Below, piece after piece: positions 62,211 through 64,000 of a stretch of DNA of 64,000 bases. The stretch is from Nitrosopumilus sp. (GTDB lineage Archaea > Thermoproteota > Nitrososphaeria > Nitrososphaerales > Nitrosopumilaceae), in contig CBDBLO010000002.1 in the NCBI GenBank assembly GCA_965207075.1, positions 1,184,001 through 1,248,000 of the forward strand, read 5' to 3'. The notes beneath the pieces were generated by a model. The model had not been told where the DNA came from. It saw only the letters and a program-made list of their open reading frames with translations, and searched no databases. How positions within the stretch are numbered: position 1 is the stretch's first letter; each line of letters starts with the position of its first letter. Made by a program: the position numbers and the translations under genes.

Positions 62211-63739
62211 TTGTAGATCACCACCCCCCGGCTCCTGCCGTCCTTCTTCTTCTCCTGCTGGCGCAATAACTTTGCCAGGCCCGCCGGACTGTCGAACTTG
62301 AACACGCGCACAGCATTACCATCACCGGAACCGGCACCGTTCCCGGCCGCCGCACCGCCGTCTGACTGCGACGCCACGGCGGCCGCAGTGCCTGGCAGTC
62401 CGAGCCACTCGGACGCCTGCACGGGCATCAGGTACGCCCCCCTCCTGGATGCGGCGTCCCCGACCTCCCGGAGCACGGTAACCTTCTCGTGTTCGTCGAC
62501 GACCGACACGCGGCGCGTGCGCACGTCCACCAAGTACGGTGGATGTTTCTTGTTGCCCGGTATGACCACGGCATCGCGCGAGTTCTGCAGCAACACTTGG
62601 TCGGCAGGGCCTTGTGGCTTCTTGGCCGGCGGCTGCGCGGCAGTACCCGATCCCGCCGGCGCCCGGCCTCGTGAGCGCTGCCCGCCGCCCGCAGGGCTGT
62701 CTGGCCCTGCATCATCCTCGTCCTCGTCCTCTTCACCTCCCGACTTTGCCACGCCCCGTCCAGTACCACTGCCGTTGTGTCGACCGTCTGTGATCGCCCC
62801 CGACCCGGAGCGGAACCTCGGTGTGTCGGCGGCAACCTCTATCTCCTCCGGCGCCGGCCAGCTGAACTTCACGTCACTCACCGCCCCGTGGCGCACCAGT
62901 TGCGACACGTGCTCGGCGAACTCGCCCTGCAGACCGGACGGCACCTTTGATATGGCATGCGGTATGTAGTACGGCAGCACGAACCTGGAGAGCCTGTTTC
63001 CCAGCCATTCGCACAGCTCTGACAGCTCTTGCGAGGCGTCCTCGTCGAGCTTCAGGTTGATGAACTTCTGGTCCACGGTGTCCCTGCACGCCCTCATCAC
63101 GTCCTCCACCGCGCGTCGAGCGCCGTCCGCCTCCGACTGCGATATGGTGCGGCCGTCCTGGGCTGCCCCGCCGTGGGACAGCGCCTGCAGGTGCCTGACG
63201 ACGCGTCCCAGGCGCATCGGGTCGTACCCCGTGGGCCGCTGGTTGGCCACGGTGTGCCGCGCCAAAAAGTCCGACTCGTCGGCGCATTGTACGACGATGC
63301 ATTCCACCTCCTTGACGCCACCCGACCTCGAGTACCCGCGGTACATGTCGCCGTCGGCCAGCAGGTAGTACGACTTGGGAACGTACTCGGTAAGTTCTGG
63401 CACGTTGTCTGCGACGCCCCCGTTCTCCTTAGCCCTGGTACTGACGCGTCCGTTGCCGCCCTTTGCACTGCTTGCTGCATACACCGCGGGGACGCTGGCA
63501 TCCCGGGCAATCCAGTATCCCACCCTTATGGGAGGCAGCGTCCCGGCGCGCGCCGCCGGACCGGAGGACATGTTCGCATATACGGCCACCTGTTTGGCGA
63601 TCGGCACTGACACGTCCATCGGGTGCATGACGATGTCCTTGAGCCTGACCTTCCGCCTGACCTCGCCGCCGTCCACCAGTACGCGCGACGCCTCGACTGC
63701 CGCTGCGGCGGGCACCAGTCCTTTCACATTGCCGCTCAT
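62207..63739 (-). CDS. protein with divergent ParB/Srx-like N-terminal domain
   Basis: VRLKDI..LPPIRV..YYLLADG..KEVECIV..N; canonical GxxR absent. Confidence 0.4.
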   Translation of the reverse strand: MSGNVKGLVPAAAAVEASRVLVDGGEVRRKVRLKDIVMHPMDVSVPIAKQVAVYANMSSGPAARAGTLPPIRVGYWIARDASVPAVYAASSAKGGNGRVSTRAKENGGVADNVPELTEYVPKSYYLLADGDMYRGYSRSGGVKEVECIVVQCADESDFLARHTVANQRPTGYDPMRLGRVVRHLQALSHGGAAQDGRTISQSEADGARRAVEDVMRACRDTVDQKFINLKLDEDASQELSELCEWLGNRLSRFVLPYYIPHAISKVPSGLQGEFAEHVSQLVRHGAVSDVKFSWPAPEEIEVAADTPRFRSGSGAITDGRHNGSGTGRGVAKSGGEEDEDEDDAGPDSPAGGGQRSRGRAPAGSGTAAQPPAKKPQGPADQVLLQNSRDAVVIPGNKKHPPYLVDVRTRRVSVVDEHEKVTVLREVGDAASRRGAYLMPVQASEWLGLPGTAAAVASQSDGGAAAGNGAGSGDGNAVRVFKFDSPAGLAKLLRQQEKKKDGRSRGVVIYK

Positions 63740-64000
63740 TTGGTCAGATCCCCCCCGGACATCCCCGCAGTGCACAAGAACACGTCGCATTCATCTATCA
63801 ACCCGGACAGACCTAAAGCCAGAAACATAAACCACGACGGCAGCATGACAATGACGCCGAACACGCCGAAATACGCAACGCGGTTCCATCTGTCGCCGTG
63901 TCTGTTAATTCCCTTCGTGCCGGCAATCAACCCAATAACTAACAAGTATATCATGTGCAACGTAAAAGCTGCAAATACGAAATCGAAAGGGTTCAGTGGA

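Overview
A very GC-rich, gene-dense 64 kb segment that reads as part of a large archaeal mobile element (megaplasmid, conjugative element or large virus) rather than core chromosome. Archaeal signals: TATA boxes about 22-25 nt upstream of leaderless starts, GGAGGTG-type ribosome-binding sites inside TGATG/ATGA gene overlaps, a tRNA-Arg with anticodon GCG, and FlaJ/TadC and A24 prepilin peptidase genes. The ThpR, class II HMG-CoA reductase, ArsR-TM and DnaJ/beta-helix proteins resemble, by my recall only, Nitrososphaerota proteins. Much of the window is long translationally coupled operons of tiny Cys/His-rich zinc-finger proteins in recurring paralog families, three of them headed by a shared promoter motif. 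Embedded cargo: four tRNAs (two with C33 instead of U33), an Rnl5-type RNA ligase, a 2',3'-cyclic phosphodiesterase, NAMPT, HMG-CoA reductase, a PRTase, an SIS protein, ArdC, a PD-(D/E)XK exonuclease, intact and degenerate HNH proteins, two half-methyltransferases, a Doc toxin pair, Mrr, three MNT-HEPN fusions and a secreted protease. Non-coding structure: an 857-bp cassette bounded by perfect 36-bp inverted repeats, a structured RNA candidate beside the tRNAs, a 32-bp-stem hairpin, and an AT-rich CAGCTG array resembling an origin or partition site. No capsid, terminase, integrase, replicase, rRNA or CRISPR array was recognised. All product calls come from motifs read by eye; no searches were run.
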